From Pseudomonadota bacterium (GTDB lineage Bacteria; Pseudomonadota; Gammaproteobacteria; Pseudomonadales; JADFDG01): a DNA stretch of 64,000 bases. The stretch is from contig JBMOON010000040.1 of the NCBI GenBank assembly GCA_049323295.1, forward strand, positions 252,251 through 316,250, read 5' to 3'. The notes beneath the pieces are model-generated. The model was not told where the DNA came from. It searched no databases and saw nothing but the letters and a program-made list of their open reading frames with translations. A program made the position numbers and the translations under genes. Shown piece after piece: positions 1 through 8,955 of the stretch; the stretch's first letter is position 1; each line of letters starts with the position of its first letter.

Positions 1-297
1 CAGAAGGCCGGCGGTGGCGCCCGCAAGCCGCGCGACGGCCAGCGTGCCGGCGGCGGTGCGCGCGGCGGCCAGCAGCCGCGCGGCCGGCGTCCGAAGCAGG
101 TCGGCCTGTATCTGCCGGAAACGCCGGTACAGCGTGCGGACTGGCGCAACGAGCGGCTGAGCGATACGCCGAAAAAACCGAAAATCATCAAGAAAGGCGA
201 GGCTCGTTCCGAGAAGCGGGACGACGGTGGCAACAACACCTGGACGTTCACCGGCAAGACGCTGCGCCTCAAGCGCAAGAACGAGGGCGACGAATAA
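1..297 (+). CDS. 3' end of a CDS truncated by the window edge; basic G/R/K-rich tail, possibly the C-terminus of a DEAD-box RNA helicase
   Basis: Frame 1 is open from base 1 to TAA at 295-297 (QKAGGGARKPRDGQRAGGG...KTLRLKRKNEGDE*), has host-like codon usage and is followed by a terminator. The product guess rests only on the low-complexity basic tail. Confidence 0.5.
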   Translation, partial: QKAGGGARKPRDGQRAGGGARGGQQPRGRRPKQVGLYLPETPVQRADWRNERLSDTPKKPKIIKKGEARSEKRDDGGNNTWTFTGKTLRLKRKNEGDE

Positions 298-313
298 CCG
301 CCGGATCGTTCAC

Positions 314-343
314 GAAAAAGGCCGTCGCATGACGGCCTTTTTC
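314..343. terminator. Bidirectional rho-independent terminator
   Basis: GAAAAAGGCCGTC-GCAT-GACGGCCTTTTTC between convergent genes. Confidence 0.8.
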
Positions 344-713
344 ATTTCCGGCCCTTGCGTGCCGGCGCGCCCTTCTTCGCCGCAGGTTTCCTGGCCTGTG
401 CGCGCAATGCCGCATCGAAGGCGCGACGGGCCCACTGTGCGGCCAGTTCGCGATCGTCGAAGATGTCGTCCGGTGCACGGTAGTAGGACATTCGCACCGT
501 GCGATCGTCGGTGACGTATTCGAACGATGGCAGTCCGGCCTGCTCGAAATGATGCACGCTGTCGGCATCGGCCTTCAGGTAAAGCACGTCGTCGGCCACC
601 AGGCCGAACATCAGTCCCTGGTGGTATACGCCGTGGCCGCCGAACATCCGGCGCAGTGCGATGGTGCCGAATTCCGCGAACACTTCCGGCAGGTAGTCGA
701 CGAAGCCGCTCAT
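342..713 (-). CDS. TfoX/Sxy N-terminal domain family protein
   Basis: RRMFGGHGVY...MFGLVADDVLYLKAD...MSYYRAP, typical TfoX_N signature. Confidence 0.85.
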   Translation of the reverse strand: MSGFVDYLPEVFAEFGTIALRRMFGGHGVYHQGLMFGLVADDVLYLKADADSVHHFEQAGLPSFEYVTDDRTVRMSYYRAPDDIFDDRELAAQWARRAFDAALRAQARKPAAKKGAPARKGRK

Positions 714-727
714 GGCAGGTTCCGGTA

Positions 728-1417
728 TCAGTACTCGTCCATCCAGGCCATGGTGGTGGGGGACGGATTTTTTCGCTGCTCGGCAAGGCGCAACTCGACA
801 TTCCGGATCCCGGAGAAGCCTTCGGCCTTGATCCGTCGGTCGAGTTGCGCGCAGGGCATCGGCTCGAGCGTCATGATGCGGCGTTCGATGCCGGCGGCTT
901 CCTGGAGAACGATCAGGGTGGCGTCATTCGCTCTTTCCCATATTTCGTCCATCCACTGCCCATAGCGTTGCTGCAGGGCGACGGGCGCCCTGCCTTCGTC
1001 GAGCCACAGCGGCACGTGGTAATTCATCCTGACGACGGAATTGGCCCATAGCACCTTGCAGGTTCCGCCGCGGTCCAGATCCTGCCACTTCCAGAGAATG
1101 TTCCAGCCAAAAGTCCAGCTGCATTCCTTGCGGATGCAGTCCTGCTGCGGCACGGCCTTGAGGATGGCCTGACGCATTTCCTTGCCGCTGCCTGCTTCGA
1201 ACCGATAAAAGAACTCCTTGGGGATATGCAGCAGCGGGTGGTCGCTCAACGGCATGCCGCGTGGCGGTTCCACCGACTCGATGGCTTCGTATTGTTCCTG
1301 GCTGATCGGCCAGTGATGCGGAACCTGGAAGTCGCGCGGGGTTCCCTGGGTTACCAGGAAGACGATGACCGCGAGGGCCGCTATGACAACGACGATCGTT
1401 TGCCCTTGAGTCTCCAT
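728..1417 (-). CDS. Membrane-anchored hypothetical protein, DUF922-like pattern but no HExxH
   Basis: N-terminal TM helix, AGGAG RBS, and W-x-W...C...YHVPLW...AP..L...C spacing reminiscent of DUF922 (by eye). Confidence 0.5.
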   Translation of the reverse strand: METQGQTIVVVIAALAVIVFLVTQGTPRDFQVPHHWPISQEQYEAIESVEPPRGMPLSDHPLLHIPKEFFYRFEAGSGKEMRQAILKAVPQQDCIRKECSWTFGWNILWKWQDLDRGGTCKVLWANSVVRMNYHVPLWLDEGRAPVALQQRYGQWMDEIWERANDATLIVLQEAAGIERRIMTLEPMPCAQLDRRIKAEGFSGIRNVELRLAEQRKNPSPTTMAWMDEY

Positions 1418-1431
1418 GTCTGTCTCCTGTC

Positions 1432-1501
1432 CGGCTTCAACGGCTTCAACGGCTTCAACGGCTTCAACGGCTTCAGCGGCTTCAACGGCTTCAACGGCTT
1501 C
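1432..1501. repeat. 9-bp tandem repeat (CGGCTTCAA), 7 full units plus a partial unit
   Basis: Direct reading; one unit is the variant CGGCTTCAG; the array overlaps the murI stop codon. Confidence 0.95.
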
Positions 1502-2300
1502 CGGCCGCCGGCAACGGCAGCACGTCGATCGGTTTTCCCCACAGCCGTGGCATCACGAAGCGTGCGTCGTCCAGCGGGCCGCTGGTGTAGAACGTGTCGG
1601 TGCCCTGCCGGCTGGCCGTCGTCGAAAGACGGTTGCCGTCGAGCCGGCGGACCAGTTCGCGGGCGACGGCGGCCGACGGGTCGATCACCGCCACGCCGGG
1701 ACCGGCCACTTCGCGGATCAGCGGTTCGAGGAACGGGTAGTGCGTGCAGCCGAGCACCAGCGTGTCGACATGCTTTTCCAGCAGCGGCGCGATGTAGCGC
1801 ACGAGCAGCGCGCGGGTCTCCGCGCTGTCGAGATCACCGCGCTCCACCTGTTCCACCAGGCCGGGACAGGGCTGCAGGTGCACCTGCAGGTGGGCGGCAT
1901 GCTGAGCCACCAGCCGCGCAACGTTGCCGCTGGCCAGCGTGGCCCGGGTGGCAAGCACGCCGATCACGCCGGTGCGGGTACCGGCCGCCGCCGGCTTGAT
2001 CGCCGGCTCGATGGCGACGATCGGCACCGGGCTCCAGCTGCGCAATTTTTCCACCGCAACGACGGTGGCGGTGTTGCAGGCGATGGTGATTGCCTTGACG
2101 TTCGCTTCGAGCAGGAAGCGCACTACCGCGCTGGCGCGGCCTTCGATGAATTCGCTGGGCTGGTCGCCATAGGGGGCGTGGCCGGAGTCGGCGACGTACA
2201 GCAGGTTTTCCTGCGGCAGGGCGCGGCGGATTTCCCGCAGCACCGACAGGCCGCCTACACCGGAATCGAAAACGCCGATCGGGCGATCGGCGTCATTCAT
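1491..2300 (-). CDS. murI: Glutamate racemase
   Basis: PIGVFDSGVGGLSV, catalytic IACNTA and LGCTHYP motifs; start reassigned to ATG 2300. Confidence 0.95.
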   Translation of the reverse strand: MNDADRPIGVFDSGVGGLSVLREIRRALPQENLLYVADSGHAPYGDQPSEFIEGRASAVVRFLLEANVKAITIACNTATVVAVEKLRSWSPVPIVAIEPAIKPAAAGTRTGVIGVLATRATLASGNVARLVAQHAAHLQVHLQPCPGLVEQVERGDLDSAETRALLVRYIAPLLEKHVDTLVLGCTHYPFLEPLIREVAGPGVAVIDPSAAVARELVRRLDGNRLSTTASRQGTDTFYTSGPLDDARFVMPRLWGKPIDVLPLPAAGSR

Positions 2301-2826
2301 ACCGGCGACCGCGGAATTCGATCCAGCCGCCGGGATGCCGGCCGGCCGGATCGTGGTGAGTCCAGTGCAGCACGCCGCCGCGCTGCTCCCATTCATACTC
2401 GCCGCGCACGGTGACGGTGTCGCCGGCCGCGATGCCCGGTACCCGCGGTGCGAGATCGATGTTGTGCGCCACCAGCAGCGTGCGACCGGACGGCAGGTCG
2501 AGCACGAAGCGCTGGTGACGCGACCCGTCATTGTCATCGGCCAGCACGCGTTTCACGGCGGCGGTGACGGTGACCATGCGGTTGCTGCTGCGGTTTTCGT
2601 AGAGCGTGTCGACATCGTCGACCGTCGCCGTGCCGGAGCTTCCCTGTTGCGTCTGCGGCGCCGTTTCCGGCTGCACTCGCGGCGCATGGTCGACCGGTGC
2701 GAAGTAGGTGTTCCAGACGTACAGCGCGCCGGCGATCACCAGCGCGGCGACCACCTGCGCCACCCGGTTGGCGAGCCGGCGGCGGATGTTTTCCGGTTTG
2801 GCGGAGGGGCGACGACGCCAGCGCAT
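2293..2826 (-). CDS. DUF3465 domain-containing membrane-anchored protein
   Basis: DDNDGSRHQRF...VAHNIDLAPR...GEYEW...HWTHHDP...GGWI; start overlaps upstream stop (TGATG). Confidence 0.8.
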   Translation of the reverse strand: MRWRRRPSAKPENIRRRLANRVAQVVAALVIAGALYVWNTYFAPVDHAPRVQPETAPQTQQGSSGTATVDDVDTLYENRSSNRMVTVTAAVKRVLADDNDGSRHQRFVLDLPSGRTLLVAHNIDLAPRVPGIAAGDTVTVRGEYEWEQRGGVLHWTHHDPAGRHPGGWIEFRGRRYE

Positions 2827-3218
2827 CAGGCCTTGCAGTCCGTGCAATGGCGGCGCAGCAGCAGGACAGCGACGACGGCCGTCGCGGTTTCCAGCGCCAG
2901 CAGGCCGAGGATGACGTCCGGTGCGCTGCCACCGGCAAGGATGCCGGTCACGCGGCCGGCCGCGGTGCCGCCGATGTCCAGCGCAACCAGCAGCAGGGCC
3001 GCTGCCTGCCAGCGTTCACGGAAGGCGCCGAGGAGCACGAAGGCACCGAGACCGAGCATCTGGCCGCCGTAGAAACCCTGCACCTCGATGATCGCGGCAG
3101 GCGTCGCGAGCGCCAGTTCGCTCAGCGCGGCCAGCTGCACCGGCCAGAACAGGTAGGCGACGCCGAGGACGACCAGGAACAGGCCGGCGGCGATCAGGAA
3201 CAGGCGGGCAAACGTCAT
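2826..3218 (-). CDS. Small 4-TM membrane protein (DUF4345-like)
   Basis: Four hydrophobic segments, E..GFYGG..LGLG and GR motif. Confidence 0.65.
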   Translation of the reverse strand: MTFARLFLIAAGLFLVVLGVAYLFWPVQLAALSELALATPAAIIEVQGFYGGQMLGLGAFVLLGAFRERWQAAALLLVALDIGGTAAGRVTGILAGGSAPDVILGLLALETATAVVAVLLLRRHCTDCKA

Positions 3219-3266
3219 GCGCGTTCTCCGTGGACCCGGCGAAGGGCGCAGGGAGTATATCGGTAG

Positions 3267-4340
3267 TCAGGACGCCGCTTCACGGTCGAGCAGGGCGCGC
3301 TTGCGCTCGACACCCCAGCGGTAACCGGAAATACCGCCGTCGCTGCGCACCACGCGGTGGCAGGGGATGGCGACCGCCAGCAGGTTGGCGGCGCAGGCCC
3401 CGGCTACCGCGCGCACCGATTTCGGCGCGCCGATGCGGTTGGCGATCTCGGTATAGCTGGCGGTCTGGCCGGCCGGGATGTCCCGCAGCGCCTGCCAGAC
3501 GCGTTGCTGGAAGGCGGTGCCGCGGATGTCGAGCGGGAGGTCGAGGCCCCGACGCGGTGTTTCCACGAAGCCGACGACGGTCGCCACCCGTTGCGCGAAG
3601 GCGTCGTCGTCGCCGACCAGCACGGCGGCGGGGAAACGGTCCTGCAGTGCGCGCACCAGTGCTTCCGGATCGTCGCCGAGCTGGATCGCGCAGATGCCGC
3701 GTGCACTCTCGGCGACGAGGATCGCGCCCAGTGAACACTGGCCGACGGCGAAACGGATTTCCGCGTTGGCGCCACCGGCGCGGAATTCTCCGGGCGTCAT
3801 GCCGAGCAGCCGGTCCGCCTCGGCGTAGAAGTGGCCGTTGGAGTTGTAGCCGGCGTCGTAGATGGCATCGGTCACCGTTTCGGCGATGGCCAGCCCGGCA
3901 CGCACCCGCTGGCCACGGTGCGCAGCAGCGTAGGCGCGTGGCGTCACGCCGGTCACGTTCTTGAACACGCGATGCAGATGATAGGCGCTGATGCCGGCGC
4001 GCTCGGCCAGCTCGTCGAGCGTCGGTGCCTGGGGAGCCTCTTCGATGTACCGGCAGAGATCGGCGATCAGCGCGGTTTGCTGCTCGGTACGCGAGGGCTC
4101 GTCCGGGCGGCAGCGGGTACAGGGGCGGAAGCCGGCCTGGCGGGCGGCGAACGGGGTGGCGAAGAATTCGACGTTTTCCGGTCGGGCGTGGCGCGAGGCG
4201 CAGCTCGGCCGGCAATACACGCCGGTCGTGCGCACGGCGTACACGAAGGTGTCGTCGGCATCGGGGTCGCGGGCCAGTACGCTGGCCCAGCGCGGATCGG
4301 CGAGTGTGGTGGCCGCGCGCTTCGCGGTGGTCGTCGTCAT
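3267..4340 (-). CDS. ada: Bifunctional transcriptional regulator/O6-methylguanine-DNA methyltransferase Ada
   Basis: N-terminal Zn site GVYCRPSC...FRPCTRC, AraC-type HTH, C-terminal PCHR active site. Confidence 0.95.
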   Translation of the reverse strand: MTTTTAKRAATTLADPRWASVLARDPDADDTFVYAVRTTGVYCRPSCASRHARPENVEFFATPFAARQAGFRPCTRCRPDEPSRTEQQTALIADLCRYIEEAPQAPTLDELAERAGISAYHLHRVFKNVTGVTPRAYAAAHRGQRVRAGLAIAETVTDAIYDAGYNSNGHFYAEADRLLGMTPGEFRAGGANAEIRFAVGQCSLGAILVAESARGICAIQLGDDPEALVRALQDRFPAAVLVGDDDAFAQRVATVVGFVETPRRGLDLPLDIRGTAFQQRVWQALRDIPAGQTASYTEIANRIGAPKSVRAVAGACAANLLAVAIPCHRVVRSDGGISGYRWGVERKRALLDREAAS

Positions 4341-4407
4341 GATGCTGCCCTTTGACGTTCTGCCTGACCCATCCTGGGTGCTGCCGGGAGTCGCCGCACT
4401 CCGGTCC

Positions 4408-4420
4408 TTGCTTTCAAATC
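4408..4420 (-). promoter_or_regulatory. Putative Ada box upstream of ada
   Basis: Minus strand GAT-TTGAAA-GCAA resembles the AAT-N6-GCAA A/B boxes (one mismatch), ~70 nt upstream of the ada start. Confidence 0.4.
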
Positions 4421-4475
4421 CGGAACCGCAGTGTACGGGCAGCCGTGCGGTCCCGGTAAGGGCGCGGCCGGGCCG

Positions 4476-4934
4476 TCAGGGCGATTTTTCGAGCCGCTTG
4501 CGCAGATTTTCCAACGCGATCACAGAATTTCGCGCCATGCGCGGCCGCAGCAGGGGCATCAGCAGCCGGCTGGCGCCGGATGCAGCGTAGGTAAGTGTTC
4601 GCTCGAAGCGCGTGCCGCCATTTTCCGCAACGAAGTCGTAACGGATACGCAACCAGCCGTCGCGCATTTCGCCGTGTACTTCCCAGCATACGCCGGGCTC
4701 GGCAGTCAGTACGCGGTAGCGGGTGGCACGCAGCAGGGTAAGCGGCAGCGGGGACAGGGGCTGGACGGCGATCGTTTCGTCGAAGCGGTCGTCGACCTGG
4801 AGGATTTCGCGGTCCGCGGTCGCCGACCGTGAATTCGGGTGCCACTCGTGCCACAGCCAGGGCCTGGTCACGTAGGCATAGACCTGGGCCGGCGTGCGGG
4901 CGATGAAGATCCGGTTGTGCAGTACGGTCGGCAT
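4476..4934 (-). CDS. SRPBCC (polyketide cyclase/START-like) family protein
   Basis: MPTVLHNRIFIARTPAQVYAYVTRPWLWHEWHP...ALENLRKRLE; GGAG-type RBS; C-terminal part of the 549-aa ORF call. Confidence 0.8.
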   Translation of the reverse strand: MPTVLHNRIFIARTPAQVYAYVTRPWLWHEWHPNSRSATADREILQVDDRFDETIAVQPLSPLPLTLLRATRYRVLTAEPGVCWEVHGEMRDGWLRIRYDFVAENGGTRFERTLTYAASGASRLLMPLLRPRMARNSVIALENLRKRLEKSP

Positions 4935-4936
4935 GC

Positions 4937-5599
4937 TCAGTTCCTGCGGGTGAGATGGGCGGCGAGTTTCTGCAGCATTTCGCCGGTGATTTCGTGTTCG
5001 GCGCCGGGAATCAGATCGGCGGTGGCGCCGGCGTTCAGCCGGTGCAGGCGGGCGGCGGCATTCAGCATGTGGCTGCAGGCGATCACGCCGTCGCTGTCGC
5101 CGTGCAGCAGGTGGATGCGCGCATTCGGCCGTTGTTCCGGCAGGGTGGCAAAACGGCTGGACAGGGCGACGACCCGCCCGGCCGCCGGCGCCGGCAGTTG
5201 CGTGGTTGCCAGCGCCATGATGCCGCCCTGCGAAAAACCGACCAGCGTGGTGCGCGCGGCATCGACGCCGGTCTGCTCCTGCCAGTGGCGGATGGCGGCG
5301 AGGAAATCCGGCAGTGCCGCGGCGACGCGTTCCACCCGGTTTTCCTCGGTGATGCCGCGCACCGAGAACCATTGCCGGCCGGCGCTGATGTCCGAAGGCT
5401 CGTGGCCGTCGACGCTGATCACCGCCGCACGCGGGAACAGGTTGCCGAGAAAATGCCCGAGCGGAACCATGTCGTCGGCATCGGCGCCGACCCCGTGGAA
5501 CAGCAGGAACAGCTCTTCCGGCGTACCGGCGGGCTTCTGCAGGAGGATCGCGTTCGCTTCCATGGGGCGTTTTCCCTTCGGCAACAGCGCCGGCCTCAT
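4937..5599 (-). CDS. Phospholipase/carboxylesterase (YpfH-like alpha/beta hydrolase)
   Basis: LLFHGVGA oxyanion region, GFSQG nucleophile elbow, HGDSD..I, H.I triad; start 5599 (ATGA overlap) or 5563. Confidence 0.85.
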   Translation of the reverse strand: MRPALLPKGKRPMEANAILLQKPAGTPEELFLLFHGVGADADDMVPLGHFLGNLFPRAAVISVDGHEPSDISAGRQWFSVRGITEENRVERVAAALPDFLAAIRHWQEQTGVDAARTTLVGFSQGGIMALATTQLPAPAAGRVVALSSRFATLPEQRPNARIHLLHGDSDGVIACSHMLNAAARLHRLNAGATADLIPGAEHEITGEMLQKLAAHLTRRN

Positions 5600-6495
5600 G
5601 CCGGCCAGGACGGTGTGCGGAAACTCTCCGCGAGAAAATCGACCATCGCCCGCACCCGCGGCTGCAGGTACTTGCGCGTAGGATAGATCGCGTAGATGCC
5701 CAGTTCGAGCGTACGGTACTGCGGCAGCAATTCCACCAGCGTGCCGCGTCGCAGGTCATCGCCGACCAGGAATGTCGGTTGCAGGATGACGCCGTGGCCG
5801 GCCAGTGCCGCTGCGCGACAGGTGTCGCCGTTGTTGCTGTGCATGAACGGCCGCGTGCGCACCGACACCGCGCCGTCCGGACCTTCGAAGTGCCATTCGT
5901 CGCGGGTCGACCAGTAGCTGTAGCCCACCGTCGCGTGCTGCGCGAGTTCGTGCGGGTGCCGCGGTTCTCCGTGCGCACGCAGATAGGCCGGCGCGGCGCA
6001 CAGCACCATGCGGGTGCCGGCCAGGCGCCGGCTGACCAGTTGCGAATCCGGTAACCGCGCGATGCGCACTGCCAGATCGTAGCCTTCGTGCACCAGATCG
6101 ACGACGCGGTCGCCGAGCGATACATCGAGCGCGATCTGCGGGTGCGCGGCGATAAAGCGCGGCCACAGCGGCGCCAGATGCTGCACGCCGAAGGTCAGCG
6201 GCGCGTTGATGCGCAGCAGGCCGCTCACCGCTTCGCTGCCGGCGGTCAGTTCCGCCTCGGCCTGTTCGACGCCGGCCAGCAGTTCGCGGCAGCGCTCGAG
6301 GAAGCGCTGGCCTTCCGCGGTCAGCGACAGCCGGCGCGTGGTGCGCTGCAGCAGCCGTACCCCGAGCCGGGCTTCCAGTTCGGCGACGTTGCGCGAGATG
6401 GCGGCCCGGGAGATGCGCAGGGCCGCGGCACCCTTCACGAAGCTGCCGGCCTCGACCACTGCCGCGAAGGCACGCATTTCCTCGAACCGGTCCAT
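5596..6495 (-). CDS. LysR family transcriptional regulator (CrgA-like)
   Basis: MDRFEEMRAF...GSF..AA.L..SRAAISR..LE..LGVRLLQRTTRRLSLT HTH; divergent from the dioxygenase gene. Confidence 0.95.
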   Translation of the reverse strand: MDRFEEMRAFAAVVEAGSFVKGAAALRISRAAISRNVAELEARLGVRLLQRTTRRLSLTAEGQRFLERCRELLAGVEQAEAELTAGSEAVSGLLRINAPLTFGVQHLAPLWPRFIAAHPQIALDVSLGDRVVDLVHEGYDLAVRIARLPDSQLVSRRLAGTRMVLCAAPAYLRAHGEPRHPHELAQHATVGYSYWSTRDEWHFEGPDGAVSVRTRPFMHSNNGDTCRAAALAGHGVILQPTFLVGDDLRRGTLVELLPQYRTLELGIYAIYPTRKYLQPRVRAMVDFLAESFRTPSWPA

Positions 6496-6505
6496 CAGGC
6501 CTCTG

Positions 6506-6528
6506 ATTGTTCCTTTTGCTGGAACAAT
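6506..6528. promoter_or_regulatory. LysR-type operator (T-N11-A palindrome)
   Basis: ATTGTTCC-N7-GGAACAAT perfect inverted repeat in the AT-rich divergent intergenic region. Confidence 0.7.
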
Positions 6529-6630
6529 AAATCCAATTGGATGGAGTTTATTCCCCAATATCGGACCCGCATAGTTGGCTCAGGTCGGCGTGACCCCCCC
6601 CGGTGCCCCGGCCTCCAGGAGATCCGTGTC

Positions 6631-7410
6631 ATGACCCGCCAGCCCGTCCTGTTCATCTCCCACGGTGCCCCCACGTTCGCGCTTGAGCCGGGCCGGGCGG
6701 GCGCCCTGCTGCGTGCCGCCGGCGAACGCCTGCCGGCGCCGACGGCGATCGTCGTCGTATCGCCGCACTGGGTGACGCGCGACTTTGCGGTGACGGCGGC
6801 GGTTCGCCCGGAAACCATCCATGACTTCGGGGGCTTTCCGGCGCCGCTGTATGCGCTGCGCTATCCGGCGCCGGGCGCGCCGGCGCTGGCGGCGCGCGTT
6901 GCCGGCCTGCTGCAGGCGGCCGGCGTGCCGGCGCGGCTCGACGAACAACGCGGGCTCGACCACGGCGCCTGGGTGCCGCTGATGCACCTGTACCCGCAGG
7001 CGCAGGTCCCGGTGATCCAGGTTTCGATGCCGCAATCGCTGGATGCGCGCGCCGCCTGGCGGCTTGGTGAAGTGCTGGCGCCGCTGCGCGAGGAAGGCGT
7101 GCTGATCGTCGGTTCCGGCAGTCTCACCCACAACCTCTACGAGTTTTTCGCCACCGGCGGCAGCGACGATGTGGTGCCCTATGCACGGGAATTCGTCGAC
7201 TGGGCGCGCGCCGCGGTGCAGCGCCACGACCGTGCCGCGCTCGTTGACTACCTGCGCGCGGCGCCGAACGCCGGTCGCGCGCACCCGACGCCGGAGCATT
7301 ACCTGCCGTTGCTGGTTGCCGCCGGTGCTGCCGGCGATGCGATGGTGGAAGTGCTCGACGGCGGTATGGAGCACGGCATGCTGTCGATGGAGTCTTATCT
7401 GTTTGGCTGA
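6631..7410 (+). CDS. DODA-type class III extradiol ring-cleavage dioxygenase (LigB/YgiD family)
   Basis: PVLFISHGAP, VSPHW, TIHDFGGFP, GLDHGAWVPL, GSGSLTHNL, AHPTPEHYLPL; AGGAG RBS. Confidence 0.92.
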   Translation: MTRQPVLFISHGAPTFALEPGRAGALLRAAGERLPAPTAIVVVSPHWVTRDFAVTAAVRPETIHDFGGFPAPLYALRYPAPGAPALAARVAGLLQAAGVPARLDEQRGLDHGAWVPLMHLYPQAQVPVIQVSMPQSLDARAAWRLGEVLAPLREEGVLIVGSGSLTHNLYEFFATGGSDDVVPYAREFVDWARAAVQRHDRAALVDYLRAAPNAGRAHPTPEHYLPLLVAAGAAGDAMVEVLDGGMEHGMLSMESYLFG

Positions 7411-7429
7411 ACCCGGGATGCGCTGCCGT

Positions 7430-8056
7430 TCAGACCGGGGGAACGCCCGGGCCGTCGGGCGGGTATTTGCGGAATGTCGCCGTCGCTTCCATGCGTGCGG
7501 AGAGACGGGCGAGTTGCGGGTGCTGCGCGGCCGGCACCGTTGCTGCCAGCATCGATTGCGCGAATTGCCAGGCGACGGCAGAGGTGATGGTGGCGTGGCG
7601 CGATTCCACGGCAAAGGCGGACGGTCGCCGCGCCACTTCCGTTTCCAGCGCCGCAAAGGCCGCCGCAATCTGGCCGGCGACGCGCTGCAGCCAGGGTTCG
7701 TACTGCGCTTCCTTCGGACGCAGGTTGCGTTCGTACACCAGCTGCACACTCTTGTCGCAGGCGGCGAGCGCCAGTGCCACGGCGCGGACATCGTGCTGGC
7801 GCCCGGCCGGATCCTGCGGCCACAGAGAGCGGCCTGCCACCGATTCGACGAACTGCAGGATGAGCGACGAGTCCATCAGCACCTCGCCGTCGTCGCAGAC
7901 GAGAGTCGGCGCCTTCACCACCGGATTGATGGCGCGGAATTGCTCGAAGGTACTGAACACTGAAACCGCTTCGTGGGTGAACGGCACGCCGAGCTCGTCG
8001 AGGGCGATGGCGGTGCGTCGCACGTACGGGGAATCGAGCATGCCGATCAGTCGCAT
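7430..8056 (-). CDS. Glutathione S-transferase family protein
   Basis: MRLIGMLDSPYVRR...INPVVKAPTL..DDGEVLMDSSLI GST N-terminal domain. Confidence 0.9.
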   Translation of the reverse strand: MRLIGMLDSPYVRRTAIALDELGVPFTHEAVSVFSTFEQFRAINPVVKAPTLVCDDGEVLMDSSLILQFVESVAGRSLWPQDPAGRQHDVRAVALALAACDKSVQLVYERNLRPKEAQYEPWLQRVAGQIAAAFAALETEVARRPSAFAVESRHATITSAVAWQFAQSMLAATVPAAQHPQLARLSARMEATATFRKYPPDGPGVPPV

Positions 8057-8069
8057 GGCGGTTCACTGC

Positions 8070-8465
8070 TCATCGGGATTCATGATGGCGCGGCAGGTTG
8101 TCGGCGAGCACTTCCCACTCCGCCTTCGAGCCGGTGTAGATGTGGTACGCGTTGGCGCAGCGGAATGGCGTTTCAACGGTGCCGATGCGCAGGCGCCTGA
8201 TGCCCGGCAGATCGTCGCGGGCGCTGTAGATCGGGCTGCCGCAGTTGCTGCAGAAAACACGGGCCTTGTGCGGCACGGCGCGGAATTCCTTCAGCAGTCC
8301 GGCGCCCTGCACGATGCGGAAGCGGGTGGCGTCGACGGGGCTGACCGCGACGTACGCCGAACCCTGGGCCTTGCGGCACATGGAGCAATGGCACATGGAG
8401 ATCTCTTCGATCGTACCGTCGTATTCGTAACGCACGCCGTTGCAAAGGCAGCCGCCGGTGATCAT
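8070..8465 (-). CDS. GFA/CENP-V family protein
   Basis: GGCLCNGVRY, CHCSMCRK, FCSNCGS zinc motifs; start at ATG 8465. Confidence 0.9.
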   Translation of the reverse strand: MITGGCLCNGVRYEYDGTIEEISMCHCSMCRKAQGSAYVAVSPVDATRFRIVQGAGLLKEFRAVPHKARVFCSNCGSPIYSARDDLPGIRRLRIGTVETPFRCANAYHIYTGSKAEWEVLADNLPRHHESR

Positions 8466-8500
8466 GGGTGCTCCGGTGCGGGGTTGTTGATGGGTCGATG

Positions 8501-8728
8501 CTACAGGCGGGCGCAGAATCCCGGGCGTTTGTCCGGAGGCGCACCGGCATCGCATTTCCTGCAGTCGAGCGGGAAACCCAGCATCCGGGCCCGGCCTTCC
8601 TCCGTGAGTACCCAGGGCCGCTCCGACCACGGCGGATTGTGGCGCACATGCTGGAAGTGGCCGCAGGAGAGTTCGGCAACCCAGTGGTTTTCGGCGTCGA
8701 GGTGGAAGGCGCTTATGGGGTTGAGCAT
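8501..8728 (-). CDS. DUF3565 domain-containing protein
   Basis: FHLDAENHWVAELSCGHFQHVRHNPPW..RPWV...CRKCD. Confidence 0.85.
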   Translation of the reverse strand: MLNPISAFHLDAENHWVAELSCGHFQHVRHNPPWSERPWVLTEEGRARMLGFPLDCRKCDAGAPPDKRPGFCARL

Positions 8729-8904
8729 GGAATGGTGCGGGATGATGACCCGCGAGGGGCGCCGTGCCGGAAATGAACCGTCACGCGCACGGCGCCCCGG
8801 GACTCATCTGATTTTCGTCTTGTATGACTTGCGGACATGGGCATTGATGAATGAATTCAGTCCCTGGCCGGCAGCAGGACCGTTTTACCGCACTCCCGCC
8901 AGGG

Positions 8905-8955
8905 CAAACAAACAAAAAGGGCTGCCCTTGCGGGGCAGCCCTTTTTGTTTGTTTG
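8905..8955 (-). terminator. Terminator of ssrA (23-bp perfect inverted repeat)
   Basis: CAAACAAACAAAAAGGGCTGCCC-TTGCG-GGGCAGCCCTTTTTGTTTGTTTG abutting the tmRNA CCA end. Confidence 0.85.

Noticed and set aside
1432-1501. Repeat array as a possible CRISPR
   Set aside because: 9-bp head-to-tail units with no spacers and no cas genes
4476-6125. 549-aa ORF call
   Set aside because: Only the last 152 aa (SRPBCC) look real; the remainder overlaps the esterase and LysR genes in another frame
8756-8798. 12-bp inverted repeat GGGGCGCCGTGC...GCACGGCGCCCC
   Set aside because: Single GC-rich copy with no U tract or second occurrence noticed; function cannot be assigned
342-8900. Genomic island or prophage integrated at ssrA
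   Set aside because: No integrase, no duplicated tmRNA 3' end seen, and composition is mostly host-like
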